Assembly (NCBI GenBank): GCA_016789605.1
Contig: JAEUQO010000289.1
Span: 8,861 to 72,860, forward strand
Length of the DNA stretch: 64,000 bases
Direction of reading: 5' to 3'
DNA from: Acidobacteriota bacterium
GTDB lineage: Bacteria > Acidobacteriota > Blastocatellia > RBC074
Part shown: piece after piece, positions 18,777 to 28,195 of the stretch
How the letters are laid out: every line of letters begins with the position of its first letter
Position numbering within the stretch: position 1 is the first letter of the stretch
Program-made: the position numbers and the translations under genes
The notes under the pieces: model-generated
Told to the model about the DNA's origin: nothing
The model's database searches: none
Seen by the model: the letters and a program-made list of their open reading frames with translations, nothing else

Positions 18777-20753
18777 ATGGAAGGAATCTTCGGGCGCAAT
18801 GGTCTGATTGCGCGCTATCATCCTGATTATGAATATCGTCCCGGGCAAGTCGCCATGGCCGAAGCTGTCGCTACCGCGTTGGAACAGCGACATCATTTGC
18901 TGGTCGAAGCCGGCACTGGCACCGGGAAAACTCTGGCATATCTGGTGCCCGCCATCGCCACCGGTCGTCGTGTGATCGTCAGCACCGGCACCAAAAACCT
19001 GCAGGAACAGCTTTTTTTCAAAGACGTCCCGTTTTTACAAAAAATCCTGCCCAAGAAGTTCAAAGCGACCGTACTCAAAGGCCGTTCAAATTATGTTTGT
19101 TTGCATCGGCTCAAGCGCGCAGAGCAAGCGCCTGTGCTCGAAGGCTTGGCCGAAGCGGACTATTTCAACGAAATCAACCACTGGGCGTATCAAAGCGAGA
19201 GCGGCGACCGCGCTGAATTGACGACCTTGCCGGAATATCTGTCGTTTTGGCGGCACATTGATGCCCGTTCGGACATTTGTCTGGGCCAGAAATGCCCCAG
19301 CTTCGATCAGTGTTTCATTACCAAAGCCCGCCAAAGCGCGCTGGAATCGGACATCGTGATCGTCAATCACCATCTCTTTTTTGCCGATCTGGCGTTGCGC
19401 GACAAAGAATGGGGCCAGGTGTTGCCCGATTACAGCGCGGTGATTTTTGATGAAGCGCATCAGATCGAAGACATCGCCATGCAATATTTCGGCGCGACGA
19501 CCTCAAACTTTCAGGTGGATGATTTGCTCGGTGATATTTCGCGGCTGATGATCAACGATGTCGAAGCCGCGCGCGAGATTACCAAAGCCGTCGCGCGCAC
19601 GGCGCGCATGGCTGAGAATTTCTGGCTGAATTTCACCGGCACGGATGCGCGCACTTCTATGACGACGCTGGGCGGCGAAGGGCGCTTTGTGATTCGCCCG
19701 CAAATGTTTGCACGTCGCCGTCGCGACGGCACTGTCGAAGCCACGCCGCCCGGTGAACGCTACCTGAATCTGAAAGCGGCGCTGGATCGGCTGGTTGCTT
19801 CGTTACAGGTGGTCAAAGAACCGCCCGCCGAAATGGATGCCATTTTGCGCCGCGTCGAACAGTTGCGCTTCGATCTGGATTTCATTCTTTTTGAAGACAA
19901 TGAGTTGTTTGTGACCTGGTGCGAACGGCGCGGGCGCGGCGTCTTTTTGCAAGCGACCCCCATTGACGCGTCAGAGATTCTGAACGACCGGTTGTTTTCC
20001 CAGGTGGAAACTTGTGTCTTGACGTCGGCGACACTGACCAGCGCGGATTCTTTCAGCTTCATTCGCGCGCGGCTGGGCATCGAGCAGGCTGACGAAATGA
20101 TCGCCGACTCGAATTACGATTACGAAAACCAGTCGCTGTTGTATTTGCCGCCCAAAATGCCTGATCCGCGCGACAGTGGGTTCACACAGGCGGCGGCTGA
20201 CGAAATCGTCAGGCTTCTCAACGCCAGTCAGGGGCGCGCCTTTGTTTTGTGCACGGCCAGTTCCCAGATGCAAACCTTGCGCGAATTGGTCGAACCGCAC
20301 ATAGATTTTCCCGTGCTGATGCAAGGCGAAGGTTCACGCTCTGGGTTGCTCGAACGCTTTCGCTCCACGCCGCATTGCGTGCTGTTTGCGACCGCCAGTT
20401 TTTGGCAAGGCGTGGATGTGCGCGGCGAAGCCTTGTCGTGTGTGATCATTGATAAGCTGCCATTTGCGGTGCCTTCTGATCCGGTGGTTGCCGCCCGGCA
20501 GCGTTACATTGATCAGCATGGCGGAGACAGCTTCGGGCAATATTCCGTGCCTTCGGCGGTGATTACGCTGAAACAAGGTGTGGGCCGTTTGATTCGCAGC
20601 GCGACGGATCGCGGCGTGATTTCGGTGCTTGATCCGCGGCTAGTGACGAAAAAATACGGCCAGCAATTTTTGCGCAGCCTGCCGCCGTCACGCATCACAC
20701 GCAAGATCGAAGACGTTGAGGCCTTCTTTGCCGACAGCGACGAAGACAATTGA
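18777..20753 (+). CDS. dinG: ATP-dependent DNA helicase, DinG/YoaA family (Fe-S)
   Basis: YRPGQ, EAGTGTGKT, four Fe-S Cys (NYVC; DICLGQKCPSFDQC), DEAH, FWQGVD and QGVGRLIR. Confidence 0.9.
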   Translation: MEGIFGRNGLIARYHPDYEYRPGQVAMAEAVATALEQRHHLLVEAGTGTGKTLAYLVPAIATGRRVIVSTGTKNLQEQLFFKDVPFLQKILPKKFKATVLKGRSNYVCLHRLKRAEQAPVLEGLAEADYFNEINHWAYQSESGDRAELTTLPEYLSFWRHIDARSDICLGQKCPSFDQCFITKARQSALESDIVIVNHHLFFADLALRDKEWGQVLPDYSAVIFDEAHQIEDIAMQYFGATTSNFQVDDLLGDISRLMINDVEAAREITKAVARTARMAENFWLNFTGTDARTSMTTLGGEGRFVIRPQMFARRRRDGTVEATPPGERYLNLKAALDRLVASLQVVKEPPAEMDAILRRVEQLRFDLDFILFEDNELFVTWCERRGRGVFLQATPIDASEILNDRLFSQVETCVLTSATLTSADSFSFIRARLGIEQADEMIADSNYDYENQSLLYLPPKMPDPRDSGFTQAAADEIVRLLNASQGRAFVLCTASSQMQTLRELVEPHIDFPVLMQGEGSRSGLLERFRSTPHCVLFATASFWQGVDVRGEALSCVIIDKLPFAVPSDPVVAARQRYIDQHGGDSFGQYSVPSAVITLKQGVGRLIRSATDRGVISVLDPRLVTKKYGQQFLRSLPPSRITRKIEDVEAFFADSDEDN

Positions 20754-20849
20754 TGCGCGCGTTGTTATCTTGTGAGCGCGAAAGCTGACCGCTATCATTG
20801 CGCGCCTTTACCTGTGCATTGCCTATCTAAATTCACGGAGAACCTGTTT

Positions 20850-22265
20850 ATGTACGTTTTGCGCCGTATTGTTCTGGCCGGGCTGGTGGTTTTGTTGGCG
20901 ACAGCCAACGGTTGGACATTGGCTTACCCCAGAAACAATGGCATCAAGTGGGAAGAAGTGCAGCGCGAGGCGCTGGAGCTTTTCATCCAATATCTCAAGC
21001 TGGATACGACCAATCCGCCCGGCAATGAAATTCGTGCGGCGCGGTTTTTTGCCGAGATTTGCCAGCGCGAAGGCATCGAGCACAAGGTCTTCGAACCGTT
21101 CCCCGGACGCGGCACTTTGTGGGCGCGGCTGAAAGGTGACGGCTCGCAACGCCCACTCATTCTGCTCAATCACACAGACGTCGTGCCGCACAGCAAGGAA
21201 TACTGGTCGGTAGAGGCGTTCAGCGGTGCGCAAAAAGACGGCTTCATTTACGGACGTGGCGCGCAAGACATGAAATCCGTCGGCATGGCGCAATTTGTCA
21301 CGATGTTGACGCTCAAGCGTGCGCGCATACCGCTCAAACGAGACATCATTTTTTTGGCGACCGCGGATGAAGAAGCAGGGGGGCAACTAGGCGCGGGGTG
21401 GTTTGTCAAAACGCATCCGGAATTGTTGGGCAACGCGGAATTTCTTTTCAACGAAGGCGGTAACAACATCACGGATCAGTATGGTCATGTGTTGGCCGTT
21501 GGGGTTGGCCCGGCGGAAAAAACGCCTGCCTGGTTGCGTTTGACCGCAACGGGCGAGCCCGGCCACGCTTCGGTGCCGAGGCCGGATTCAGCGGTCAATC
21601 GGTTGTTGCGTGCGCTCAACCGATTGTTGGAATACACGCCACCGATCAAATTGACGCCTGCGGTCGAACAGGCGTTTCGCTCGCTAGCACCGCTGATGCC
21701 GGCTGCGCGCAGCGGGAAGTTTCAAAACCTGCGCGAAGCTTTGAAAGACCCGGAATTCGCTCGTCAGTTTGATCTGGACCCGATGGCGCGTGCGCTGGTG
21801 CGCAACACGATTTCGATCACGATGTTGCAAGGCAGCACGAAGATCAACGTGATTCCGCCAGTCGCCGTTGCTGAGGTTGATACGCGGTTGGTGCCGGGCG
21901 AAAAGCTGGAGCGCTGGATTGCGGAATTGCGCGGCGTGTTGGGAGATGATTCTATCAAGATCGAACCTGTGCTGGCGTTTGAAGCGAACGATTCGCCGAT
22001 TGATTCTGACCTGGTCAAGACAGTCGCCAAAGTCACCAAACAGCGTTATCCCGAGGCGATCATCACGCATCCGGTGTTGGCCGGATTTACCGATAGTCAC
22101 TTTTTCCGTGATCTGGGTGTGATGAGCTATGGCTTTTCGCCATTTGTGGCGCCGCCGCGTGAATTGGGCGGCGGCTTTCACGGCAACGACGAGCGCATCG
22201 GCCAGAAAGCGTATGTCGAAGGCGTTCGTTTCTTTTACGAGATCGTCGAGCAATTGGCCAGGTGA
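20850..22265 (+). CDS. M20/M25/M40 family metallopeptidase, secreted
   Basis: NHTDVVP, GRGAQDMK, ADEEAG, GFTDSH and HGNDERI motifs plus a signal peptide. Confidence 0.9.
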   Translation: MYVLRRIVLAGLVVLLATANGWTLAYPRNNGIKWEEVQREALELFIQYLKLDTTNPPGNEIRAARFFAEICQREGIEHKVFEPFPGRGTLWARLKGDGSQRPLILLNHTDVVPHSKEYWSVEAFSGAQKDGFIYGRGAQDMKSVGMAQFVTMLTLKRARIPLKRDIIFLATADEEAGGQLGAGWFVKTHPELLGNAEFLFNEGGNNITDQYGHVLAVGVGPAEKTPAWLRLTATGEPGHASVPRPDSAVNRLLRALNRLLEYTPPIKLTPAVEQAFRSLAPLMPAARSGKFQNLREALKDPEFARQFDLDPMARALVRNTISITMLQGSTKINVIPPVAVAEVDTRLVPGEKLERWIAELRGVLGDDSIKIEPVLAFEANDSPIDSDLVKTVAKVTKQRYPEAIITHPVLAGFTDSHFFRDLGVMSYGFSPFVAPPRELGGGFHGNDERIGQKAYVEGVRFFYEIVEQLAR

Positions 22266-22279
22266 GGAGTTCAGGGGCA

Positions 22280-22669
22280 ATGCGATCCATTGAATTAACG
22301 CGGCGCATTCGTTGGGCTGATGCTGACGCGGCGGGCAGATTGCACTATCCGCGCATTTTCGAATACTTCGAAGAAGGCGAAATGGAATTGCTGCGGGCGG
22401 GCGGCTATCAGCTTTTTAGCGACGACCAACATGACTTTCCGCGCAAGCACGTCGAAGCCGTGTTTCACCAGGTCTTGCCGCTGGATGCGCAGTTTGTGAT
22501 GCGTGTTACCATTGGCAAATTGGGAACGACTTCGATTCGCTATGATTTTCATATTTTTGCCGACGAAGCCTGTACGCAACTAACGCTTGAAGGTTCGATG
22601 ACGGTTGTCGTGGTAAAAGACGGCAAGCCAGCGCCCATTCCTGAACGATTGCGTGCCGCGCTTTCCTGA
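22280..22669 (+). CDS. Acyl-CoA thioesterase (4HBT/hotdog family)
   Basis: IRWADADAAG.LHYPRIFEYFE hotdog motif. Confidence 0.85.
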   Translation: MRSIELTRRIRWADADAAGRLHYPRIFEYFEEGEMELLRAGGYQLFSDDQHDFPRKHVEAVFHQVLPLDAQFVMRVTIGKLGTTSIRYDFHIFADEACTQLTLEGSMTVVVVKDGKPAPIPERLRAALS

Positions 22670-22709
22670 ACGGCGCATATTTTGAATCGCTTGATTGAGA
22701 GGAGATTTG

Positions 22710-23717
22710 ATGAAAGCCATTGTTTTGCGTGAACTCGGCAGTGTAGACAATCTGAAGCTGGAAGAGGTTCCTGACCCGCAACCAGGGCCTGGAGAAGTCG
22801 TTGTCCGGCTCCACGCCGCCGCGCTGAATCATCGCGATGTATTTATCGTCCAGAAGCTTTACCCGAACATCAAGCTGCCTGCAATCTTAGGTAGTGACGG
22901 TGCTGGCGTTGTCAGCGCGGTGGGGGAAGGTGTCAGCGCGGAACTGCTCGGACAGGAAGTCGTCGTCAATCCCAGTTTGGAGTGGGGGGACGACGAACGT
23001 ACACAAGGACCGAAGTACCGCATTCTGGGCATGCCTGAAGAGGGAACGTTTGCCGAATTCATCAAAGTTCCGGCTGAGAACGTAAACCCGAAACCGGCGC
23101 ATTTGTCGTTTGCTGAAGCGGCAGCATTGCCATTGGCAGGGCTGACTGCGTATCGCGCGGTTGTGACGCGTGCCCAGGTGAAAACGGGCGAAACCGTTTT
23201 GGTGACGGGCATCGGCGGCGGTGTGGCGACCTTTGCGCTGCAAATTGCCAAGGCTTTGGGCGCACGCGTGTTTGTGACTTCGGGCAGCGACGAAAAGCTG
23301 GCGCGGGCGCAGTCACTGGGGGCAGACGGCGGCGTGAATTACAAAACTGCTGATTGGGGCAAACAACTGGTTGCGCTGACGGGAGGCGGCCCCGATGTCG
23401 TAATTGACAGCGCAGGCGGGGACGCGCTCGAAACTTCAGCGCGCATTCTGAAACAGGCTGGTCGGATTGTGTTTTATGGCGCTACCACCGGACTGGCGAA
23501 AAACCTGGATTTGTATCGGTTGTTTTTCAAACAGGCGACGCTGATGGGATCAACCATGGGCAGCCCGCGCGAATTTGCGGCGTTGCTGGATTTGTATGCG
23601 AAAGAGCAAATTCATCCGGTGGTGGATCAGGTCTTTCCACTGGCAGAGGCTGCGGCTGCGCACCGACATATGGAAGAAGCCGGGCAATGCGGCAAGATCG
23701 TCTTGCAAATTGCCTGA
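22710..23717 (+). CDS. NADPH:quinone oxidoreductase / zinc-binding dehydrogenase family (MDR)
   Basis: AAALNHRD, ILGSDGAG, EAAALPLAGLTAY and GIGGGVAT motifs. GGAG RBS. Confidence 0.9.
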   Translation: MKAIVLRELGSVDNLKLEEVPDPQPGPGEVVVRLHAAALNHRDVFIVQKLYPNIKLPAILGSDGAGVVSAVGEGVSAELLGQEVVVNPSLEWGDDERTQGPKYRILGMPEEGTFAEFIKVPAENVNPKPAHLSFAEAAALPLAGLTAYRAVVTRAQVKTGETVLVTGIGGGVATFALQIAKALGARVFVTSGSDEKLARAQSLGADGGVNYKTADWGKQLVALTGGGPDVVIDSAGGDALETSARILKQAGRIVFYGATTGLAKNLDLYRLFFKQATLMGSTMGSPREFAALLDLYAKEQIHPVVDQVFPLAEAAAAHRHMEEAGQCGKIVLQIA

Positions 23718-23793
23718 CGTTATTTGGGGCGATAGGAAGTAAAGATAGGGAAGAGAGAAGACAGGAACGAAACGTAAGGCTGCCCGTCAACGA

Positions 23794-23895
23794 TCTAAAT
23801 CGTAACAGCCGTCATCAGAACACGCGGCGCTTAAACATTCCGATGAATATTGGCGTCCTGATTTTGTCGTGTGCCAATGTCGTGTGTTCTGATTT
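23794..23895 (+). repeat. Dispersed ~105-bp structured repeat, copy 1
   Basis: Gapless match of 91/102 nt to 54778-54879, counted by hand. Internal inverted repeat ATCAGAACACGCGGC / GTCGTGTGTTCTGAT. Confidence 0.9.
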
Positions 23896-23927
23896 CGCGA
23901 CGCTGACGGGCAGTCTGTTTATCGCAG

Positions 23928-24194
23928 TCACAAACGCGGGCCTGTTTGGACAAACACAAACGAATCAGCGCGGCGACGAACGGTTTCCCATTCCAGAACC
24001 TGGCGGGCGCGACGATTTTCATACGCGCCACTCAACGCACTGAGCAAATCATCCTCGCCAGAATCGGTGCGCACGATTCTGGTTCTTTTCGTTTCCAGAC
24101 GCACAAGATAATCAAGCACGTCTTCGACTTCGCTGTCGGTTAGGTGGTTGAGTTGAGACAGTAATTGTTCGCGGTCAGTGAGTCGCTTGCTCAT
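23928..24194 (-). CDS. Small helical protein, DUF2281-like
   Basis: 88 aa with a GGAGGT RBS. LNHLTDSEVEDVLDYL resembles the DUF2281 pattern. Confidence 0.6.
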   Translation of the reverse strand: MSKRLTDREQLLSQLNHLTDSEVEDVLDYLVRLETKRTRIVRTDSGEDDLLSALSGAYENRRARQVLEWETVRRRADSFVFVQTGPRL

Positions 24195-24440
24195 CGCTAC
24201 CTCCTTGCTAGGTCCGTCGAGCAAGCGGCCAGATGAGGCTGGATTAACTTGCTCGCTGGTTGTTTACGCGCCGTAGACGCGCTGTCAGCTTGAACATATC
24301 TGGCAAAAATCCTCAAACGGGGATTGGTAAATTGTTTTCGGAGCGAGATTGGTTCGAGACATGGCCATCATAGTACAAAGGCTTTGCGGCGTGCAAGTTA
24401 CGATCACTGAGCAGTTTCGCAACTTTGCCCTGACGCGGGA

Positions 24441-24469
24441 TTGACGCGTTTGCCTGAGCGTTTTACTCT
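24441..24469 (+). promoter_or_regulatory. Putative sigma70 promoter of the cytochrome c3 operon
   Basis: TTGACG-N17-TACTCT about 100 bp upstream of the cytochrome start. Confidence 0.55.
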
Positions 24470-24568
24470 ACCTGCACCCTCGTGAGCTGTGCGCTTACCG
24501 CCAAGCGTCCAGAACAGTGCCCGTAATCAAGCGAATCAACGCGGAGACATCAGAGGAGAAAAAAGACA

Positions 24569-25051
24569 ATGAAGTTGAAACTGTTGGTTGTCACCCTTTT
24601 TGCTGTTGCCTGTTTGTGGACTGGAACCACGCAGTTGTTTTCAACACCTGCTGCGGCGCAAGGGCAAAAACTTCCCGGAGATGACGTCATCATTCCCTCC
24701 GTTGACGAGAAATGGGGACAAGTAAAGTTCACACACGCGAAACACTTTGGCTATTCAGATTGTGTGTTTTGCCATCATACGAACAACGCTTCGATGACGG
24801 CAGAGAGTTTCAAAGCGGGCAAAGATGGGAAAGTGCCGCTCTGTGCCGAATGCCACGTGCGCAAAGAAGGTGATCCCAAAACCCCTAAAGGCTCTGACGG
24901 CACTGAACTGTGGAGTAAAGAAGCTTACCACTTCAACTGTATCGAATGTCATAAAGGCGAGATTTCCCATAAGCCCAAAGCGGGCGGCGCAATCAAAAAG
25001 CAGGGCGAAGGCCCCGGCAAATGCGCGGAATGCCACGAACGGAAAGAGTAA
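24569..25051 (+). CDS. Tetraheme cytochrome c3 (class III cytochrome c)
   Basis: Signal peptide and four CxxCH motifs (CVFCHH, CAECH, CIECH, CAECH). Class III distal-His pattern FTHAKH and AYH. Confidence 0.9.
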   Translation: MKLKLLVVTLFAVACLWTGTTQLFSTPAAAQGQKLPGDDVIIPSVDEKWGQVKFTHAKHFGYSDCVFCHHTNNASMTAESFKAGKDGKVPLCAECHVRKEGDPKTPKGSDGTELWSKEAYHFNCIECHKGEISHKPKAGGAIKKQGEGPGKCAECHERKE

Positions 25052-25099
25052 TGGATGGAGAGAGCGTCAGCGATTGGCGGGCGCTCTCTTGACACGCGA

Positions 25100-25804
25100 A
25101 TGAACAAAGAAAATACACTGTACGGAATTATCGGATTATTGATCGGCGTGCTGGTCGGTTATGCCGGCACAAACTATCTGAATGGCGCTCCGCCGACACC
25201 CGCTGCCGCAACGGCGAGCAGCGGGCAATTGCCGCCGGGACATCCGCCGACATCAGAAAATGCGCCAACCGGCAACGCTTCGGAAGGGGCGGAAGGCGGG
25301 CCGCAAAACGATGTGACGGCTGCCATTCAACAGGCGCGCAGCGAGCCGTCGAATTTTGCGGCACAGATGAAGGCCGCCAGCCTGTTCAGTCAAATCAACC
25401 GGCCCGAAGGCGCGCTGGAGTTTTATCAGGCGGCATATAAGGTCAAACCGGATGACCCCGAATTGCTGACCTCGCTGGGAAATACCAATTTCGATCTGAG
25501 CCGTTACGAGGAGGCTGAGAAGTGGTATGCACAGTCTTTGAAAGTGAAACCCGGCGATGCCACCGTGCGCATGGATTTGGGCTTGACGTTTTACCTGCGT
25601 ACGCCGCGCAATCTGGACCGCGCCATCAGCGAATATCAGGCGGCGCTGAAAATTGATCCGCGCCACGAAAAAACGCTGCAAAATTTGACGCGCGCCCTGC
25701 TTGAAAAAGGAGACAAAGCAGCGGCGTCTGCGACACTGAAGCAACTGGAAGCCGTGAATTCGCAGAATACGGCAATCTCACAATTTCGCTCGCAATTGCA
25801 GTAG
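25100..25804 (+). CDS. Membrane-anchored TPR protein with LPPGHPP motif
   Basis: N-terminal TM segment (YGIIGLLIGVLVGY), GQLPPGHPP and about four TPR-like repeats. Start moved to 25100. Confidence 0.8.
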   Translation: MNKENTLYGIIGLLIGVLVGYAGTNYLNGAPPTPAAATASSGQLPPGHPPTSENAPTGNASEGAEGGPQNDVTAAIQQARSEPSNFAAQMKAASLFSQINRPEGALEFYQAAYKVKPDDPELLTSLGNTNFDLSRYEEAEKWYAQSLKVKPGDATVRMDLGLTFYLRTPRNLDRAISEYQAALKIDPRHEKTLQNLTRALLEKGDKAAASATLKQLEAVNSQNTAISQFRSQLQ

Positions 25805-26562
25805 TGAAGTTCAAAATCGTACCGAGTACCCGCGATGGCCGGCAGCAATTGCTGACGACCTATTTGATCAACGATACGCTGGCGATTGACGCTGGCGCGA
25901 TCGCAATTGGCCTGACGGTCGCGGAACAAAAACGCATTCGCTCCGTGGTCATCACCCACGCCCACCTGGATCACGTCATCTCGCTGCCCTTATTCATCAC
26001 CGACCTGTTTGATGAATTGCGAGAACCGATCAAGGTTTACGCCACCCCGGCGGATTTTGACGCGCTGCAACAATACATCTTCACCCCGCGCGTTTGGATT
26101 GGGCTGGATACGATGAAGAACGAACACACCGAATTGATCGCCCATTACCCGATCAAAGCTGGCGAAACGTTTATGGCCGAAGGCTTGCGCCTGACGCCCG
26201 TTCCGGTCACACATACCATCCTGACTCACGGCTTGTTGGTGGAAGACGATGATTGTGCATTGCTCTTTACCTCAGACACGGCCGCAACCGAACGTTTGTG
26301 GGAAGTCGTCGCAGGATGCGACAAGTTGCGTGCGATTTTTATTGATGTGTCGTTTCCCCAGGCGCTGACAGAGCTCGCGCATGTTTCCGGGCATCATTCC
26401 AGCGCGACGGTATTAGACGAATTGTCTCGTATGCCCAAGGAAGTGCCCGTTTATGCTGTGCACCTGAAACCGGCGTATCGCGCGCAGGTAGAGGCCGAAA
26501 TTGCTGCGTTGAATCATCCACGATTGCAGGTGGCGGAAGTCGGACGAGAATACGAATTTTGA
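25804..26562 (+). CDS. Class II cyclic-nucleotide phosphodiesterase (metallo-beta-lactamase fold)
   Basis: IDAG, THAHLDH, HT..THG, SDT, GHHS and VHLKP motifs. The GTG start overlaps the upstream TAG. Confidence 0.8.
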   Translation: MKFKIVPSTRDGRQQLLTTYLINDTLAIDAGAIAIGLTVAEQKRIRSVVITHAHLDHVISLPLFITDLFDELREPIKVYATPADFDALQQYIFTPRVWIGLDTMKNEHTELIAHYPIKAGETFMAEGLRLTPVPVTHTILTHGLLVEDDDCALLFTSDTAATERLWEVVAGCDKLRAIFIDVSFPQALTELAHVSGHHSSATVLDELSRMPKEVPVYAVHLKPAYRAQVEAEIAALNHPRLQVAEVGREYEF

Positions 26563-26586
26563 GCGGGATAGGTCCCAAGACGAATC

Positions 26587-28179
26587 ATGCCGAATCTTTA
26601 CGTACAAGCACCGGGAATCAGAAGTTATACATACGAGCTGAATAAGCCTGAAATCACCATCGGGCGCGAACTGCGCAACGATTTGATTCTCGACGATCCG
26701 CGCGTGTCGCGTATGCATGCTGTCCTGCGGCAAACTGACGCGGGATACACATTGTGCGACCTCGGCAGCGGCAATGGAACGTTCGTCAATGGTCACCGCA
26801 TCACAGCCAATGTGGAGTTCAAGCTCGCCGACAAGGATGAAGTTAAAGTCGGTTCCAGTTCGCTGACCTACCAGCAATACGATCCCTTGCGCACGCAAGT
26901 ACCGGATGATTCCTTCCGGGAAATTCTGCAAAAGACGCCACAAGATTTGGTCTCGCAATCTGCCTTGCACGAATTCCGCACTTCGCAAGAAGTGCCGGTT
27001 GCGGTGTATCGGCAGGAACTGGAAAAGAAAGAACGCATTTTGCGGTTGTTCTATGACCTGAGCTACAAGCTCAGCTCGATCTTTTCGCTGGAAGACATTT
27101 ACGAACAGGTCTTTGAGATTTTGCTTTCGGTGACGCCTGCGTCGCGCTGTTTTATCTTTCGCAAAAACGAACAAGGCGAGTTTGTGCAAACAGCGGCCCG
27201 CACGCGCGAAACCGGCGACATCGGCGAACCGTTGCCGATCAGCCAGACGATTTTTGCCAAAGTCGCTGCTGAACGCGTTTCGGTGTTGCTTGATGATTCC
27301 CAACGCGACAACCCCGCGTTTACGTCCAAGAGCATTCTCTATCACCAGATTCAGTCGGTGATGGCTGCGCCGGTGTTGGGGCCGCGCGGATTGCTGGGCA
27401 TCATCTATGTTGATCGCCAAGACCCAATGGAGAGCTTTGCGCCTGACGATCTGGATGTGCTCAACACCGTTGCTGTGCATACCGGCATTGCGATTAACAC
27501 CGTCATCACCTATGAGCGATTGCAGCGCCAGGCACAGGCGCGTTCCAACTTCGAGCGCTTTTTGCCGCGCCAGGTCGTGGAACAGATTCTGCGCTCGCCG
27601 GATGCCATTCGCCTGGGCGGTGTGCGGCAAATGGTGACAGCGCTGTTTGCTGATGTGCGCAACTTCACCACCTTGTCAGAAACCAGCACGCCGGAACTGA
27701 TTCTGAATCTGCTCAATCAGTATTTTTCGATGGTCAGCGAGATCATCTTCCGGCACGGCGGGACGTTGGATAAATACATCGGCGATGGGTTGATGGCGCT
27801 CTTTGGCGCACCGTACGTGGGCGAACTTGATCCGATTCAAGCCGTGCGCGCCGCCATCGAAATGCAGCGCGCAATGCTCAACTTCAACGAACGCATGCAA
27901 GCGGAAGGGCTGCCTAATATCTCTATCGGCATTGGCATCAACACCGGCCCGGCGATTGTGGGCTACATCGGTTCTGAAACCCGCCTTGATTACACTGCCA
28001 TCGGCGACACCATCAACACTGCCGCACGGCTGGAAAGCATTTCGCAACCCGGTCAGATTGTCGTCAGTGAAAATACGATGCAACGCCTGGACGAAAGCTT
28101 CATCTTGCGCGCGCTGGGCACGGAAAAGCTGAAAGGCAAAAACGTCAATTTACGCATCGCTGAAGTCGTCTGGTCATAG
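26587..28179 (+). CDS. FHA-GAF-class III adenylate/guanylate cyclase
   Basis: FHA: IGR...VSRMHA...GSGNGT. GAF: SVMAAPV...GIIYVDR. Cyclase: LFADVRNF, DKYIGDG, YTAIGDTINTAARLE. The Lys in DKYIGD points to ATP as substrate. Confidence 0.92.
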   Translation: MPNLYVQAPGIRSYTYELNKPEITIGRELRNDLILDDPRVSRMHAVLRQTDAGYTLCDLGSGNGTFVNGHRITANVEFKLADKDEVKVGSSSLTYQQYDPLRTQVPDDSFREILQKTPQDLVSQSALHEFRTSQEVPVAVYRQELEKKERILRLFYDLSYKLSSIFSLEDIYEQVFEILLSVTPASRCFIFRKNEQGEFVQTAARTRETGDIGEPLPISQTIFAKVAAERVSVLLDDSQRDNPAFTSKSILYHQIQSVMAAPVLGPRGLLGIIYVDRQDPMESFAPDDLDVLNTVAVHTGIAINTVITYERLQRQAQARSNFERFLPRQVVEQILRSPDAIRLGGVRQMVTALFADVRNFTTLSETSTPELILNLLNQYFSMVSEIIFRHGGTLDKYIGDGLMALFGAPYVGELDPIQAVRAAIEMQRAMLNFNERMQAEGLPNISIGIGINTGPAIVGYIGSETRLDYTAIGDTINTAARLESISQPGQIVVSENTMQRLDESFILRALGTEKLKGKNVNLRIAEVVWS

Positions 28180-28195
28180 TCCTTACCCACCACAA

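Noticed and set aside
16480-20753. queC/queE beside a DinG helicase as a 7-deazaguanine DNA-modification (dpd) or Qat defence system
   Set aside because: There is no dpdA/tgt-like gene, TatD or ATPase partner. The proteins look like canonical housekeeping QueC, QueE and YoaA, and are divergently transcribed with a DinB gene between them.
18777-20753. Type IV CRISPR CasDinG
   Set aside because: No cas genes or repeat-spacer array anywhere in the window.
24351-24360. GGTTCGAGAC, a T-loop-like string suggesting a tRNA
   Set aside because: No acceptor stem, D arm or anticodon arm can be formed around it.
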